From: Beijerinckiaceae bacterium
Lineage (GTDB): Bacteria > Pseudomonadota > Alphaproteobacteria > Rhizobiales > Beijerinckiaceae
Reading direction: 5' to 3'
Assembly (NCBI GenBank): GCA_965198485.1
Contig: CBDAPQ010000005.1
Location: 3,712,129 to 3,776,128, forward strand
Length of the DNA: 64,000 bases
Shown here one piece after another: positions 17,413 to 27,080 of the stretch. The position numbers and the translations under genes were made by a program. Each line of letters begins with the position of its first letter. Positions within the stretch are counted from its first letter, which is position 1. The notes under the pieces were generated by a model. The model did not search any database. It was not told the DNA's origin and saw nothing but the letters and a program-made list of their open reading frames with translations.

Positions 17413-17516
17413 CCGGCTTCGGGGCGGACGAGGCGCGGGGCTCGTAACGGTCTCAAAAGAGATGCTCCTTCTCCCCTTGTGGGAGAAGGGAGGCGCCGAC
17501 CCTCTTCAGTTCTCCC

Positions 17517-17548
17517 AAAATGGCCTCCCTGCTCGCGGCAGGGGGGCC
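17517..17548 (-). terminator. Candidate intrinsic terminator downstream of the YciF-like gene
   Basis: Minus strand reads GGCCCCCCTGC-CGCGA-GCAGGGAGGCC followed by ATTTTGGG, about 25 nt after the stop at 17573. Confidence 0.45.
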
Positions 17549-17572
17549 ATCTTGGTCGTCGGTGGGTAAGGC

Positions 17573-18070
17573 TTACGCCGCCTTCGCCGCCGCCGGGTTC
17601 ACGCTCTTCTCGGCGATGCGGTTGAACTGCACGTCGCCGGCCTTGCTGTCCTTCAGCGCCTCCTGCAGCGGCTTCAGCGCCTCGGTTTTGCCGGCGGCCT
17701 TGGCGTACGCTTCCATCGAGCCGTAGGACGCCACGCGGAAGGCCTGCTGCTGGTTGGCGGCGACGATGAGGGCGGCGTCGCGCACCGGGCCCATCTCGGT
17801 CTCCTTCACCATGCCCTGCACCTCGTGCACCATGGCGGTGGCGATCTTGTTGTCGTTGGTCTTCACCGGCTCTCCGATGGCTTTGAACACCGCCTCGAGC
17901 TGCTGGGCGTAGTGCTGGCTCTTGGTGGCGGTCTTGCCGAACAGCTCCTTGAGGTCGGCATCGTGGCTGGCCTCGGCCATGGCGGGGGCGGCCTTGGCGA
18001 TCTGGTGCTCGAAGTCGAGCACGTAGGTCATGGCGGTCACGAGCAGCTCGTGGATGGTCTTGATGGTCAT
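17573..18070 (-). CDS. DUF892 / YciE-YciF-type ferritin-like stress protein
   Basis: MTIKTIHELLVTAMTYVLDFEHQIAKAAPAMAE...LKELFGKTATKSQHYAQQLEAVFKAIG matches the YciF-family pattern. GGAGA Shine-Dalgarno sequence before ATG 18070. Confidence 0.8.
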   Translation of the reverse strand: MTIKTIHELLVTAMTYVLDFEHQIAKAAPAMAEASHDADLKELFGKTATKSQHYAQQLEAVFKAIGEPVKTNDNKIATAMVHEVQGMVKETEMGPVRDAALIVAANQQQAFRVASYGSMEAYAKAAGKTEALKPLQEALKDSKAGDVQFNRIAEKSVNPAAAKAA

Positions 18071-18259
18071 GCGATCTCCTGGGTGCCGGGTCGCCTCTAC
18101 GGCGACCGCGAGCGCCCAATCCGAACCGGGGGCGCGCGTTGCCTCGCCCCCCTCCGGCATACGAGGGACATAAGCGCGCGCGGCAGCCGCTTGAGCCCCT
18201 CCCCTCGCGCCGGCCGGCGGCCTGATGCGCCTAGCCGCGGTCCCGACGAAAGGCTGCGC

Positions 18260-18871
18260 TCAGACCGAAGGCAGGCCGGCGCGGAGGCGGCGCAGGATCG
18301 CGAGATGGGTCTGGATCGTCGGCACCGAGACGGTGGCGACGCGGCGCACCGCCGGATCGGCGAGGCTGCGGATCGCCTGCTCGTTGGTGGCGAGCAGCTC
18401 CTCGTGGCCGCGGATCTGGCCGACGATGTAATGATGGTCGAAGGCCGCGCCGCGATGCTGGGCGAGCCGCTGCACCATCTGCTCCTGGTCCGGCCGCGGG
18501 GCCACCGAGCCTGGGGTGGCGCCGAGGGCGGCGGCGACCGAGACCTGCTCGTCGATCTCGAGCTGGGCGAAGTCGCGCACGGCGCGGCTGCGGGCACGCG
18601 CCAGGGCGAGATGGCTCGTCTCGATCGAATACTGGCCGCCCTGCAGGTCGGCGAGGCGGAAGCCGCCACCCAAGCCGCCGCCGAGACCGCCGCCGAGGAG
18701 GTCGCCGCCGGCGCCCAGCGTGCCGCCCAGGATCTGACCGGGCGCGGCGAGGCCGGCGCCGATCACGTCGCCGGCCGCGTTGGCGGTGCCGCCGAGAAGG
18801 CCCTGGGCCTTGGCGACCGTGCCGGTCGCGACGAGGCCGCCGAGCGCGGCGAAGAACATGCGCCTGTCCAT
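18260..18871 (-). CDS. DUF4142-like secreted protein with Gly-rich N-terminal region
   Basis: Signal MDRRMFFAALGGLVATGTVAKA, then a Gly-rich low-complexity stretch, then ...FAQLEIDEQ...HHYIVGQIRGHEELL. The 456-aa listed ORF is trimmed to ATG 18871. Confidence 0.7.
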   Translation of the reverse strand: MDRRMFFAALGGLVATGTVAKAQGLLGGTANAAGDVIGAGLAAPGQILGGTLGAGGDLLGGGLGGGLGGGFRLADLQGGQYSIETSHLALARARSRAVRDFAQLEIDEQVSVAAALGATPGSVAPRPDQEQMVQRLAQHRGAAFDHHYIVGQIRGHEELLATNEQAIRSLADPAVRRVATVSVPTIQTHLAILRRLRAGLPSV

Positions 18872-19075
18872 GATCGTACTCCCTGATGAAGACCCAAGGG
18901 TTCGGCTCGTCGCGCGACGATGAGGTGTCGGCTGGGCGTCGAACCGTCCCGGCGCGCAAACACGCGACCCGCGCTTGGGTCCATTCGGACGGACGCGACC
19001 GTCCGTCGCAGGATGCCCGCGCGGACGTCGCGGCCGGCGGACAGGTGCGGCACCCGCGTTGACAGTTCTTTGCCA

Positions 19076-19678
19076 ATGAGGTTCGGGTCGGCCGGCCTTT
19101 TCGGTTCGTCGGGGACATGTCCGTTGAAGCGTTTTTCCCGTGTTCTGCTGTTGCTCGCCGCCGCTCAGGGGCTGCCTGCGTCGGGTGCGGTCGCCCTGGA
19201 GACGCTGCCCACCGGGCGCGACGACAGCGTGCTGGGCGCGTTCCAGTCGCAATGCCTGCGCGAAGAGCCGGACTACGACCGGCTGGAGACGGAGGCCGGT
19301 ACCCTCGGCATGGCCGACCTCGGCGATCATTCTGCGCCGGCGCCCGACGGCGGCACGGCGAAAAGCCATCGCTGGGGCGGCAAGCTGCCCGACGGACCTT
19401 TCGCGCTCTACGTGTCGCGCCTGCCGACGAAGGGCGCGGTCGAGACCAGCTGCGGCGTCAGCGGCATGGTCCCGAGCGCCGAGCATTTCCGCGAGGGCCT
19501 CGTGCACCGGATGGCGTTGCCGCCGCTGCCCGTGCCCACGTTCGATGCCAGCGGCAGCGCCATCTATATCTGGCCGGCGTTCCCGTTGCCCGGCAACCGG
19601 CTGATCCTGCAGACCCGGACCGGCAAGCACGGCGAAGGCTTCGTGCTGATCACGGTGGCCGTCAAGCGGGCGAGCTAG
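19076..19678 (+). CDS. Hypothetical secreted protein
   Basis: Signal-like KRFSRVLLLLAAAQGLPASGAVA. The start is uncertain: ATG 19076 or TTG at about 19124. Confidence 0.45.
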   Translation: MRFGSAGLFGSSGTCPLKRFSRVLLLLAAAQGLPASGAVALETLPTGRDDSVLGAFQSQCLREEPDYDRLETEAGTLGMADLGDHSAPAPDGGTAKSHRWGGKLPDGPFALYVSRLPTKGAVETSCGVSGMVPSAEHFREGLVHRMALPPLPVPTFDASGSAIYIWPAFPLPGNRLILQTRTGKHGEGFVLITVAVKRAS

Positions 19679-19733
19679 CGCCCGGGCAGAATAGACAAGC
19701 CTCGGCGGAGCGCCGGGGACGCCGTGACGCGAC

Positions 19734-20348
19734 TCAGTAGGACGGGCCGCCGAGCAGGGCCGGAACGGTCGTGCTGCAGGTGAAGCTGTCGATGAGGCCG
19801 GCCCGGCAGGCGTTGGCGATCTGCGCGCGCGGGCCGACCGCGTCGGGTGCCGGGTACGGCGGGTAGCCCTCGGCGCGCGGCGGCAGCGCCTCGGACGTGT
19901 CCGTCGTCTCGCGCGGCTGTCGCATGATCTCGCGCTCGTCGTCGCGCGACGCGGGTGCGCGGGCGACGCGCTCGCCGCGTGGCATCGGTGCGCGGGCCTC
20001 GCGCTCAGGGCGCTCGGGCCCGCGACGCTCGGGCATGCGGTGCTCGGCGCGGGTGGCGACCTTCGCGCGTGGCGCCTCGGACTTGCGTTCGGCCGCCTTG
20101 GTCTTGCTGCCGGTGGCGTCGGCGAACGCCGCCTGGCAGCGCGGCGCGAGCTGGGAGAAATGCGCCTTCATGCAGGCGGTGGTCTTGGGAATATCGGGGA
20201 TCGTATCCGAGCACAGCTTCACGGCATCGGGCGTGCAGGCCTGCTGCTGTTCCTCGGTGCCCTGACCGAAGGCGGCGACCGGGACGGTGACGAGCGCCAG
20301 CGCCGCGATGGCGCCGATCACGCGATGAGTCTTGGCAGGCATCCGCAT
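19734..20348 (-). CDS. Hypothetical secreted protein, Cys-containing ends and Arg/Glu/Pro-rich middle
   Basis: Signal MRMPAKTHRVIGAIAALALVTVPVAAFG, with GGAG before the ATG. Cysteines cluster in the N- and C-terminal segments. Confidence 0.5.
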   Translation of the reverse strand: MRMPAKTHRVIGAIAALALVTVPVAAFGQGTEEQQQACTPDAVKLCSDTIPDIPKTTACMKAHFSQLAPRCQAAFADATGSKTKAAERKSEAPRAKVATRAEHRMPERRGPERPEREARAPMPRGERVARAPASRDDEREIMRQPRETTDTSEALPPRAEGYPPYPAPDAVGPRAQIANACRAGLIDSFTCSTTVPALLGGPSY

Positions 20349-20456
20349 CTCCTTTGGTATCGCGAGTTCTATGGCCTGCCGGCCCGCTTGTCTCTTCAAT
20401 ATGACGACAGGCGTTTGGTCCGCGCCGCGGCCGGCGACGTCGGACGACGCTCCACA

Positions 20457-21179
20457 TTACCGCGGATCCGGCTTCGGCGTCAGCCGACTTTGAGGTAGAA
20501 CTGTGTCGGCGTCAGGCCCGGCCGGGCGCCGCCGGATCAGCGCGGCACGGCAGGCGACGATCACCAGGACCACGATCAGCATCGCGCCGACCACGTCGGA
20601 CAGGAAGTGCGCGCCGAGGGCCATGCGCCAGACCGCGGCGGCCGCGGCGAAGGCCAGGGCCGCCGCCATCGCCGCGCCGCGCCAGGGCGGCGGCACGAGG
20701 CTCGCCGGGGCGAGCGTCCAGGCCGCCACACCCGCCTCGCCCGAGGCAAAGGCGCAATTGTGCCGGCAGGCGCCGTCGAAGCGGTACCAGGGGCGGAAGG
20801 CCTCGGGGCCGCCAAAGACGGTGACCGCGAGCGGGCGCGGGCGGTGCGAGACCTCCTTGAGGCCGACGTGGATGAGCAGGCCGGGGCCGACCGCCATGGC
20901 CAGCACCAGCATGGCCAGACTGCGCCCGCCGGGCGCGTAGCGGGCCGGCCATAGGCCCAGGCGGGCGAGGCCGGCGGCGACAGCCATGAGCGCGAGCAGC
21001 ACGAAGGGCAGCGCCCAGGCGACGTAGCGCAGCGCCACCCCCGCGGGCGTGTCGCCGACGAAGCGTCGCGGCGCGACGTAGAACAGGCGGGCCACCTCGA
21101 GATCCGTCGCCGGGCGCAGCGCCAGCACGATCATGGCGAGGTAGAGCACGGCGGCGAGGCTCAGCAGGATGCGCGTCAT
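20457..21179 (-). CDS. PAP2-family membrane phosphatase (lipid phosphatase-like)
   Basis: Six hydrophobic segments. Motifs KEVSHRPRP, ASGEA and GAHFLSDV match the PAP2 pattern KxxxxxxRP / (P)SGH-like / SRxxxxxHxxxD. Confidence 0.75.
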   Translation of the reverse strand: MTRILLSLAAVLYLAMIVLALRPATDLEVARLFYVAPRRFVGDTPAGVALRYVAWALPFVLLALMAVAAGLARLGLWPARYAPGGRSLAMLVLAMAVGPGLLIHVGLKEVSHRPRPLAVTVFGGPEAFRPWYRFDGACRHNCAFASGEAGVAAWTLAPASLVPPPWRGAAMAAALAFAAAAAVWRMALGAHFLSDVVGAMLIVVLVIVACRAALIRRRPAGPDADTVLPQSRLTPKPDPR

Positions 21180-21247
21180 GCCCTGCCATGCCGTGATCGC
21201 GGCCTGTGGGGCAAGCCAAGCGCCGCGAATGCGCCTACATGCCTCCC

Positions 21248-22033
21248 ATGCTGACCGGCCCAGAGATCGAGCGCTACGCCCGCCACATCGTGCTGCACGA
21301 CGTCGGCGGCCCCGGCCAGGCCAGGCTGAAGGCCGCCCGCGTGCTGGCGATCGGCGCCGGCGGCCTCGGCGCGCCGCTGTTGCAATACCTGGCGGCGGCG
21401 GGCGTCGGCACGCTCGGCGTGGTCGACGACGACACCGTGGCGCTGTCCAACCTGCAGCGCCAGGTGCTGCACGGCACGCCCGACGTCGGCCGGCCCAAGG
21501 TCGAGAGCGCCGCCGAGGCGATCCGACGGCTCAACCCCCACGTCACCGTCGTGCCCTTGGCCGAGCGGCTCGACGCTGGCAATGCCCGCGCGCTGGTGCG
21601 GGGCTGGGACGTCGTCGCCGACGGCTCCGACAATTTCGCCACGCGCTACGCCGTCTCCGACGCCTGCTTCCACGAGGGCGTGCCGCTGGTGAGCGCGGCG
21701 GTGGGCAGCTTCGACGCCTCGCTGACGACGCTGCGCCCGCACGAGCGCGACGCCGAGGGCCGACCGAATCCAACCTACCGCTGCCTGTTCCCGCAGGCGC
21801 CCGAGGCGGGAGCCGTTCCCAGCTGCGCCGAGGCCGGCGTGCTCGGCGCGCTGACGGGGATCGTCGGCGCGATGATGGCGCTGGAGGTGATCCGCGAGAT
21901 CGTCGGCTTCGGCGAGGGCCTCGTCGGCCGCCTCGTGCTCATCGACACGATGGGCATGCGCTTCGAGACGCTGCGCTACGGCTGGGACCCGGCCAATCCG
22001 CTGAGCGGGGGCGGGGCGGCGAGCCCGCGCTAG
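21248..22033 (+). CDS. moeB: ThiF/MoeB/HesA-family adenylyltransferase
   Basis: ERYARHIVL..VGGPGQARLKAARVLAIGAGGLGAPLLQYLAAAGVG.LGVVDDD.V.LSNLQRQ. The start could be ATG 21206, 21239 or 21248. Confidence 0.8.
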   Translation: MLTGPEIERYARHIVLHDVGGPGQARLKAARVLAIGAGGLGAPLLQYLAAAGVGTLGVVDDDTVALSNLQRQVLHGTPDVGRPKVESAAEAIRRLNPHVTVVPLAERLDAGNARALVRGWDVVADGSDNFATRYAVSDACFHEGVPLVSAAVGSFDASLTTLRPHERDAEGRPNPTYRCLFPQAPEAGAVPSCAEAGVLGALTGIVGAMMALEVIREIVGFGEGLVGRLVLIDTMGMRFETLRYGWDPANPLSGGGAASPR

Positions 22034-22270
22034 CGAGGTCTCACGTTCATCGATACCCGGATTATGGCCGAGCGAGCTGCAGTACACGGTCCTCTCGCGG
22101 CTAGAACACAGCCACTCTGAGCGACGTAGACGAGCTTCATAACTTCCATGGTCGTCTTGAACGGCAAGATACCGAAGCGGGATTGCGTGTCGTTCCTAAA
22201 ATATGCAAGCCGCCCGACAGACCCGACCCTTACGAAAGCACGTTGCTCGAAGCGAACGAGGGGGCAGACG

Positions 22271-22435
22271 GTGAGTAAGGACGCAAAAGCATCGGCGGCT
22301 CGGAAGCCTAAGCTCAAGGATAAGCGTACCTTTGCCAACTAATTTGAACGCTTCATCGCCAAGGCCCGTGAGCTTGGCCTTGATGAGCGGGAAGAGACGT
22401 CCGATACCGCGCTTACAAAGCGTGGTACGGCATAA
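22271..22435 (+). pseudogene. Small Lys-rich protein gene interrupted by an in-frame TAA
   Basis: GTG 22271, preceded by GAGGGGG, reads VSKDAKASAARKPKLKDKRTFAN*FERFIAKARELGLDEREETSDTALTKRGTA*. The stop at 22340-22342 is in frame with the continuation. Confidence 0.4.
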
Positions 22436-22449
22436 CGTTAAGGCACCAC

Positions 22450-22926
22450 CTAAGTCTGGTGAGCGTAAGCAACAACCCTGCAAAAGTAGCTTTTCTTATA
22501 GTCGGAGTTAACTCCAAATAATTCTTTCCTGCTTCGCTCGCATTCTGAACGTTTTTCGTACGTTTTATCGATTTTTTTGCCGTCTTCGCTTGTCTCGGCA
22601 GCGAAAAGTAATTTTGGTGACAAGTTATAAGACACATATATAGCGTATTGATACATATTAGGTCCGCAGCGATTTTTTAGAATTTGCCAAAGATCTACCC
22701 CAGCAAACTTAGATCCTTTCTCTATGTCAGCTCCGCTAAAAAGCGTCTCGACGCTTTCGCCCATCTTCAATTCAATATTACCAATTGATGTCCAGGTGGG
22801 GCCATCGCTGGTAAAAAGGAAATTGCCACAGCTTAAGTGCATGTAGTCAAACCAGTCATCATCAGAACGAGAGACATAGCTTGGTGGGAAGCAGGCGAGT
22901 AGCACCGATAAGCCGATCCGCAGCAT
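22450..22926 (-). CDS. Hypothetical lipoprotein (AT-rich islet)
   Basis: Lipobox VLLAC at residues 8-12. Markedly lower GC than the flanks. Confidence 0.55.
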   Translation of the reverse strand: MLRIGLSVLLACFPPSYVSRSDDDWFDYMHLSCGNFLFTSDGPTWTSIGNIELKMGESVETLFSGADIEKGSKFAGVDLWQILKNRCGPNMYQYAIYVSYNLSPKLLFAAETSEDGKKIDKTYEKRSECERSRKELFGVNSDYKKSYFCRVVAYAHQT

Positions 22927-22996
22927 GCCTCTCCTCCTGACGGGAGGGCTACGTACCTCAGATTGCCGTTGTGCGACAATGACATGGTCGCCGGAC

Positions 22997-23674
22997 TTAT
23001 CGTCCGATGCTCCAAGACGTTAGCATTGCGTCGAGCGCGGCGAAGTCCCGCGCGATCGACGCCGCACCGGCGGCCGTCAGCGCGCTTTCCTCGTGGTAGC
23101 CCCAACCGACACCGATCGCGCGCACGCCGGCCGCTTGCGCCATCGCCATGTCGTAGGTCGTATCGCCGACGAAGACGGCTCCGCTCGCGGGCACCCGCGC
23201 CTCGGCCAGGGCGGCACGCAGCATGGAGGGGTGCGGCTTGGAGGGATGGTCGTCGGCCGTCTGCACCGTCGCGAACAGGCCGCACCACCCGTGCGTCTCC
23301 AGCATACGCTCGACGCCCTTGCGCGATTTGCCCGTCGCCAGACCGAGCATGATGCTCGGGCACGCGGAGAGCGCGGCGATCGCATCGGCAGCACCGGGAT
23401 AGAGCGGTTCGCAATAGCCGGGCTCCTGCCGCAGCGCGAACCAGGCCGCCTTGTAGCTGTCTGCCAGCGCTACGATGGGGCCGTCCGCGCCGACCAGCGC
23501 GACGAAGGCTTCGGGAAGCGACAGGCCGACGACGGAGAGCGATCGCTCCCGCGTAGGAGGAGTCAGTCCCTGCGCCGAGAAGGCACGGCGCTGCGCCTCG
23601 ACGATGTGGTTCTGGCTGTCGACGAGCGTGCCGTCGACGTCGAAGAGCACCAAGCGGACAGGCTTCATGGGCAA
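22997..23674 (-). CDS. HAD-IA family hydrolase (phosphoglycolate phosphatase-like)
   Basis: LVLFDVDGTLVDS (motif I), ATGKS (motif II) and VFVGDTTYDMAMA (motif IV). Confidence 0.8.
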   Translation of the reverse strand: MPMKPVRLVLFDVDGTLVDSQNHIVEAQRRAFSAQGLTPPTRERSLSVVGLSLPEAFVALVGADGPIVALADSYKAAWFALRQEPGYCEPLYPGAADAIAALSACPSIMLGLATGKSRKGVERMLETHGWCGLFATVQTADDHPSKPHPSMLRAALAEARVPASGAVFVGDTTYDMAMAQAAGVRAIGVGWGYHEESALTAAGAASIARDFAALDAMLTSWSIGR

Positions 23675-23752
23675 GGCGTCTTCGCGAGTCGGTGAAACGA
23701 AAAGAGCGCCCCCGCCTGACGGGAGCGCCCTTCTCTCGTCGGGTCGACGAGT

Positions 23753-25763
23753 TCAGCGCGGCGGTTTGCCGCCGTTGTCGGCCATCAGCTGGGTGATGTT
23801 CTGCACCACGACGCGGCGGTTCTCGACCGACGGACCTGGGGTGTTCACCTTGGGGTTTTGCTGGCCGTAGCCCTGGGTGGTCAGGTTCTCCGGCGGCACG
23901 CCGAAGTCCTTCGAGAGGATCGCGGCGACCGATTGCGCACGATGGTCGGAGAGCGAGAGGTTGTCGTTCGGGTTACCGGTGGCATCGGTATAGCCCTCGA
24001 CGAGGAATACCGAGTTCGGATTGCGCGACACGGCGCGCTTGATGGCGTCGCCGAGCGCCCGGAGCTTGCCTGTCGCCGCACCCGGTACGACCCACGACCC
24101 CGATTCGAAGTTGATCGTGTTGATGTCGACCGAGCGCACGTAGCGCCGGATGTCGGGGCTGTAGCGGATCTGGTCCAGGGTGTAGCGACGCGGCGGCGCG
24201 GCCACCGGCGGCGCGATCAGCGTGTCGTAGATCGCGCCCTCGTCGGCATTGGCGTAGCTGACGTCGTAACGCTCGCGCGGGAGGTCGTAATGCGGCGGCG
24301 GCAGGTCCACCACGTCCTCGGTGTAGGGCCGCAAGCCTCCCTCGTAGGCGTTGTCAATCAGCACGATCTCGCGACCGTCGCGATCGCGACGCACGCGGCG
24401 CAGCATCCTGCCGTCGGGCGTCGTGTAGGTCAGGATCTGCTCGCCGCCGGGCCGGTTGATGACATCGACGTAATCGCCACCGCGGCGCTCGCGGCGCACG
24501 TCGTAGCCGAGCTCGCGGAAGCGGTCGTTCTCGTCATGGACGATGTAGGCGCGGCCGCCGGGCTCGTCGACGATGGTGCGGCCGGGCTCGCGGATGTAGG
24601 TGCGTCCGTCCTCGACCTCCTCGCGACGGTCGCGACGAATGCCTTCCAGGTCGCGCGCGCCGGTCGCGGCGAGGAACCCGCCGGCGAAGCCCGCCGCCGC
24701 GCCGATCGCCGCCGCGCCGCCGACCCCGATGCCGTTGCGGCCGCCGCGGTCACCCTGGCCGCGGCCGTTGTCGGCGTTGCCACGCGGAACTTCGGCGCCG
24801 CGAACACCGCCCTGCGCGCCGGGACGACCGGGCTCACCGGGACCTTCCCGGCCGACAGCAGCGCCGCGCGGCGCGCCGGGCACGCCGGGACGCTCTTCGG
24901 CGCGGGCGGCCGGTGTCGAAGCATGACCGGGCACGCCGGGGCGCTCTTCGGCGCGGGCGGCCGGCGTCGCGGCATGACCGGGCACGCCGGGGCGCTCTTC
25001 GGCGCGGGCGGCCGGCGTCGCGGCATGACCGGGCACGCCGGGGCGCTCTTCGGCGCGGGCGGCCGGCGTCGCGGCATGACCGCACGCCGGGGCGCTCTTC
25101 GGCGCGGGCGGCCGGCGTCGCGGCATGACCGGGCACGCCGGGGCGCTCTTCGGCGCGGGCGGCCGGCGTCGCGGCATGACCGGGCACGCCGGGGCGCTCC
25201 GCAGCGCGTTCGGCAGGGCTGGCCGCGTGACCGGCGGCGCCGGGACGCTCTTCGGCGCGCGTGGCGGGTGTCGCGGCATGACCCGGGCGTTCCGCGGCGC
25301 GCTCGGCCGGCGTGCCGGCCGCGCGATCCGGAGCATGTGCCGCCGGCGCACGACCCGGAGCGCTGCGCTCGGCCGCCGGGGCGGCGCGACGCTCGGCAGC
25401 GGGCTCGCGAGCCCGTTCCGCGGCCGCCGGTGCCTGACGCTCCGGTTGACGCTCCTGATGCGCCCCTCGAGGCGCACCGTCCTCGGCGCCGCGCGGGCCT
25501 GCCGCGCCGTGCTCGGCGCGACCGCCAGCCTCGGGACGCTCGGCGCGTGGTGCCGCTCGCTCGGGACGTGGAGCGGCACCGCCGGCACCGCGAGGAGCCG
25601 GCTCGCCACCATGCGGGCCAGGCCCGCCGGCGCCGCCCGCCGGACCGCCGGGCCCGCCACGCTCGAGACCGTTGGGCGTCTGCGCCCAACCGGCCGTCAT
25701 GGGCGGCAGGACCAGGGCCGGGACAAGGGTCCCGGCGAGAAGGATGTTCTTAAGTCGGGTCAT
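23753..25763 (-). pseudogene. OmpA-family protein with Pro/Ala/Glu-rich 17-aa repeats; reading frame broken by a 2-bp deletion
   Basis: The N-terminal part (signal MTRLKNILLAGTLVPALVLPPMTAGWA plus ERPGVPGHAATPAARAE repeats) is in the frame of ORF 24834..25886. The C-terminal part (more repeats plus the OmpA_C motif LVEGYTDATGNPNDNLSLSDHRAQSV) is in the frame of ORF 23753..25660. The switch is at about 25082. Confidence 0.8.
24870..25290 (-). repeat. 51-bp tandem repeat array inside the OmpA-family gene
   Basis: Near-identical units start at 24921, 24972, 25023, 25074 (only 49 bp), 25123 and 25174. Degenerate units flank both sides. Confidence 0.9.
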
Positions 25764-25993
25764 GGCCTCGCTCGACATCAGGAAGGGGATCGCGCGACGG
25801 CGCGCCTGCGCCTCCTTGAGGAGCAGGTATCCCGGAGGGGCCTCGAGCCCTCGGTCCGGCGCACTCCAATGACACCCTAACGGCAAAGGTTCCGGACGAC
25901 ATGGTCTCAGGGCGCAACGCCGGGCGTTGCGGTGGGCACGGAAAAGGCCGCGGGAACGCCGCGGCCTTGGTCACTCCTTCAGCCCAGATGCGG

Positions 25994-26395
25994 CTACTGG
26001 ACGAGCGCGAGCAGCTTCTTGCCGGCGGGGGTGGCGAGCTCCTTCTTGTCGAGCGTGCCGTCACCGTCCTTATCGGCCTTCTTGAAGGCCGTCTCGACCA
26101 GCGCGCCGTACTCGGTCTTGTCGATCGTGCCGTCCTTGTCGGGGTCGGCTGTCTTGAAGGCGGCCTTGGACATGCCCTTGCCCTCCTTCATGTCGATCGT
26201 GCCGTCCTTGTCGGGATCCATCGCGGCGAACTTCGTGTCGCCCGCAGCCTTGGCCTCGTCGAGGCTGACGGTGCCGTCGCTGTCGGGATCGAGAATCTTC
26301 ATGTCGGCCGACTTGGCGTGGGCGGCGACCGGGGCGGCGATGGCCAGGGCGGACAGTGCGATGAAAGAGGCGGCGAAGAGGCTCTTGGTGGTCAC
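25994..26395 (-). CDS. Periplasmic EF-hand calcium-binding protein
   Basis: GTG 26395 is preceded by AGGAAAGG. Signal TTKSLFAASFIALSALAIAAPVAAHA. Four loops: DPDSDGTVSLDE, DPDKDGTIDMKE, DPDKDGTIDKTE and DKDGDGTLDKKE. Confidence 0.8.
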   Translation of the reverse strand: MTTKSLFAASFIALSALAIAAPVAAHAKSADMKILDPDSDGTVSLDEAKAAGDTKFAAMDPDKDGTIDMKEGKGMSKAAFKTADPDKDGTIDKTEYGALVETAFKKADKDGDGTLDKKELATPAGKKLLALVQ

Positions 26396-26490
26396 GTAGG
26401 CACCTTTCCTAGATCTGCTGCAACGCGATAGCATAAGCCAAGTCGAGAGGCAAAATATCCGCCGTGCTGCAAAGAATACCATCCGATGCT

Positions 26491-26919
26491 TCAAGCCAAC
26501 GTGGCGTCGAGGTTGATCGTGGCGTTGAGCAGCTTGGAAATCGGGCAGTTGGCCTTGGTGGCCTTGGCGACTTCCTGGAACTTGGCGTCGTCGATGCCCG
26601 GCACCGTCGCCGACACCTTGAGGTTGATGGTCTTGACCGCGAAACCCTCGCCCTCCGGCTCCAGCAGCACGTCGGCGTGGGCGTCGATCTTGTCGGCCTT
26701 CAGGCCGTCGTTGCCGAGGAACAACGACATCGCCATGGCGTAGCAGCTCGCGAGCGCCGCGCCGATCTGCTCCTCGGGGTTGGTGCCGGGCTTGCCCTCG
26801 AAACGGGTGTTGAAACCGTAGGGCTGCTCGCTGAGCGCGCCGCTCTGCATCGAGACCGTGCCCTTGCCGTCCTGAAGGCCGCCGCTCCACGTCGCGGTGC
26901 CGAACGTCTTCTTCGCCAT
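26491..26919 (-). CDS. osmC: OsmC family peroxiredoxin
   Basis: MAKKTFGTATWSGGLQDGKGT..., NPEEQIGAALASCYAMA and ATKANCPISKLL, with the two conserved Cys. Confidence 0.9.
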   Translation of the reverse strand: MAKKTFGTATWSGGLQDGKGTVSMQSGALSEQPYGFNTRFEGKPGTNPEEQIGAALASCYAMAMSLFLGNDGLKADKIDAHADVLLEPEGEGFAVKTINLKVSATVPGIDDAKFQEVAKATKANCPISKLLNATINLDATLA

Positions 26920-27080
26920 GGTGATCGTCCTCTCGCTGCATCCCGCCTCCATGGCGAGCGCCTGGCGAAAAGGTGACACTCCTCCCGACGAGATCAAGTG
27001 TGCACAACCAGATTCGCCCTTTGCAGAACGATGTTCCATCTTCGTTCCAAACAAGGAACGAATCGCTTAAGCTGGCCGGC

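Noticed and set aside
24870-25290. Tandem repeats here and at 50446-50634 considered as possible CRISPR arrays.
   Set aside because: The units are contiguous with no spacers, lie in frame, encode repeated peptides inside ORFs, and have no cas genes nearby.
23858-25753. 631-aa plus-strand ORF and ORF 24430..25689(-) across the OmpA-family gene.
   Set aside because: Antisense or alternate frames through a repeat-rich, GC-rich gene, with Arg-rich low-complexity products.
27026-27060. Cluster of GGAAC/GTTCC motifs between osmC and rmuC considered as an EcfG general-stress promoter (GGAAC-N16-17-CGTT). This seemed attractive because the window holds many stress-type genes (ferritin-like, YciF-like, OsmC, DUF4142).
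   Set aside because: On the osmC strand, the spacing from GGAAC to CGTT is 13 nt, and the alternative has CGAA instead of CGTT. I also found no convincing match upstream of the ferritin-like or YciF-like genes.
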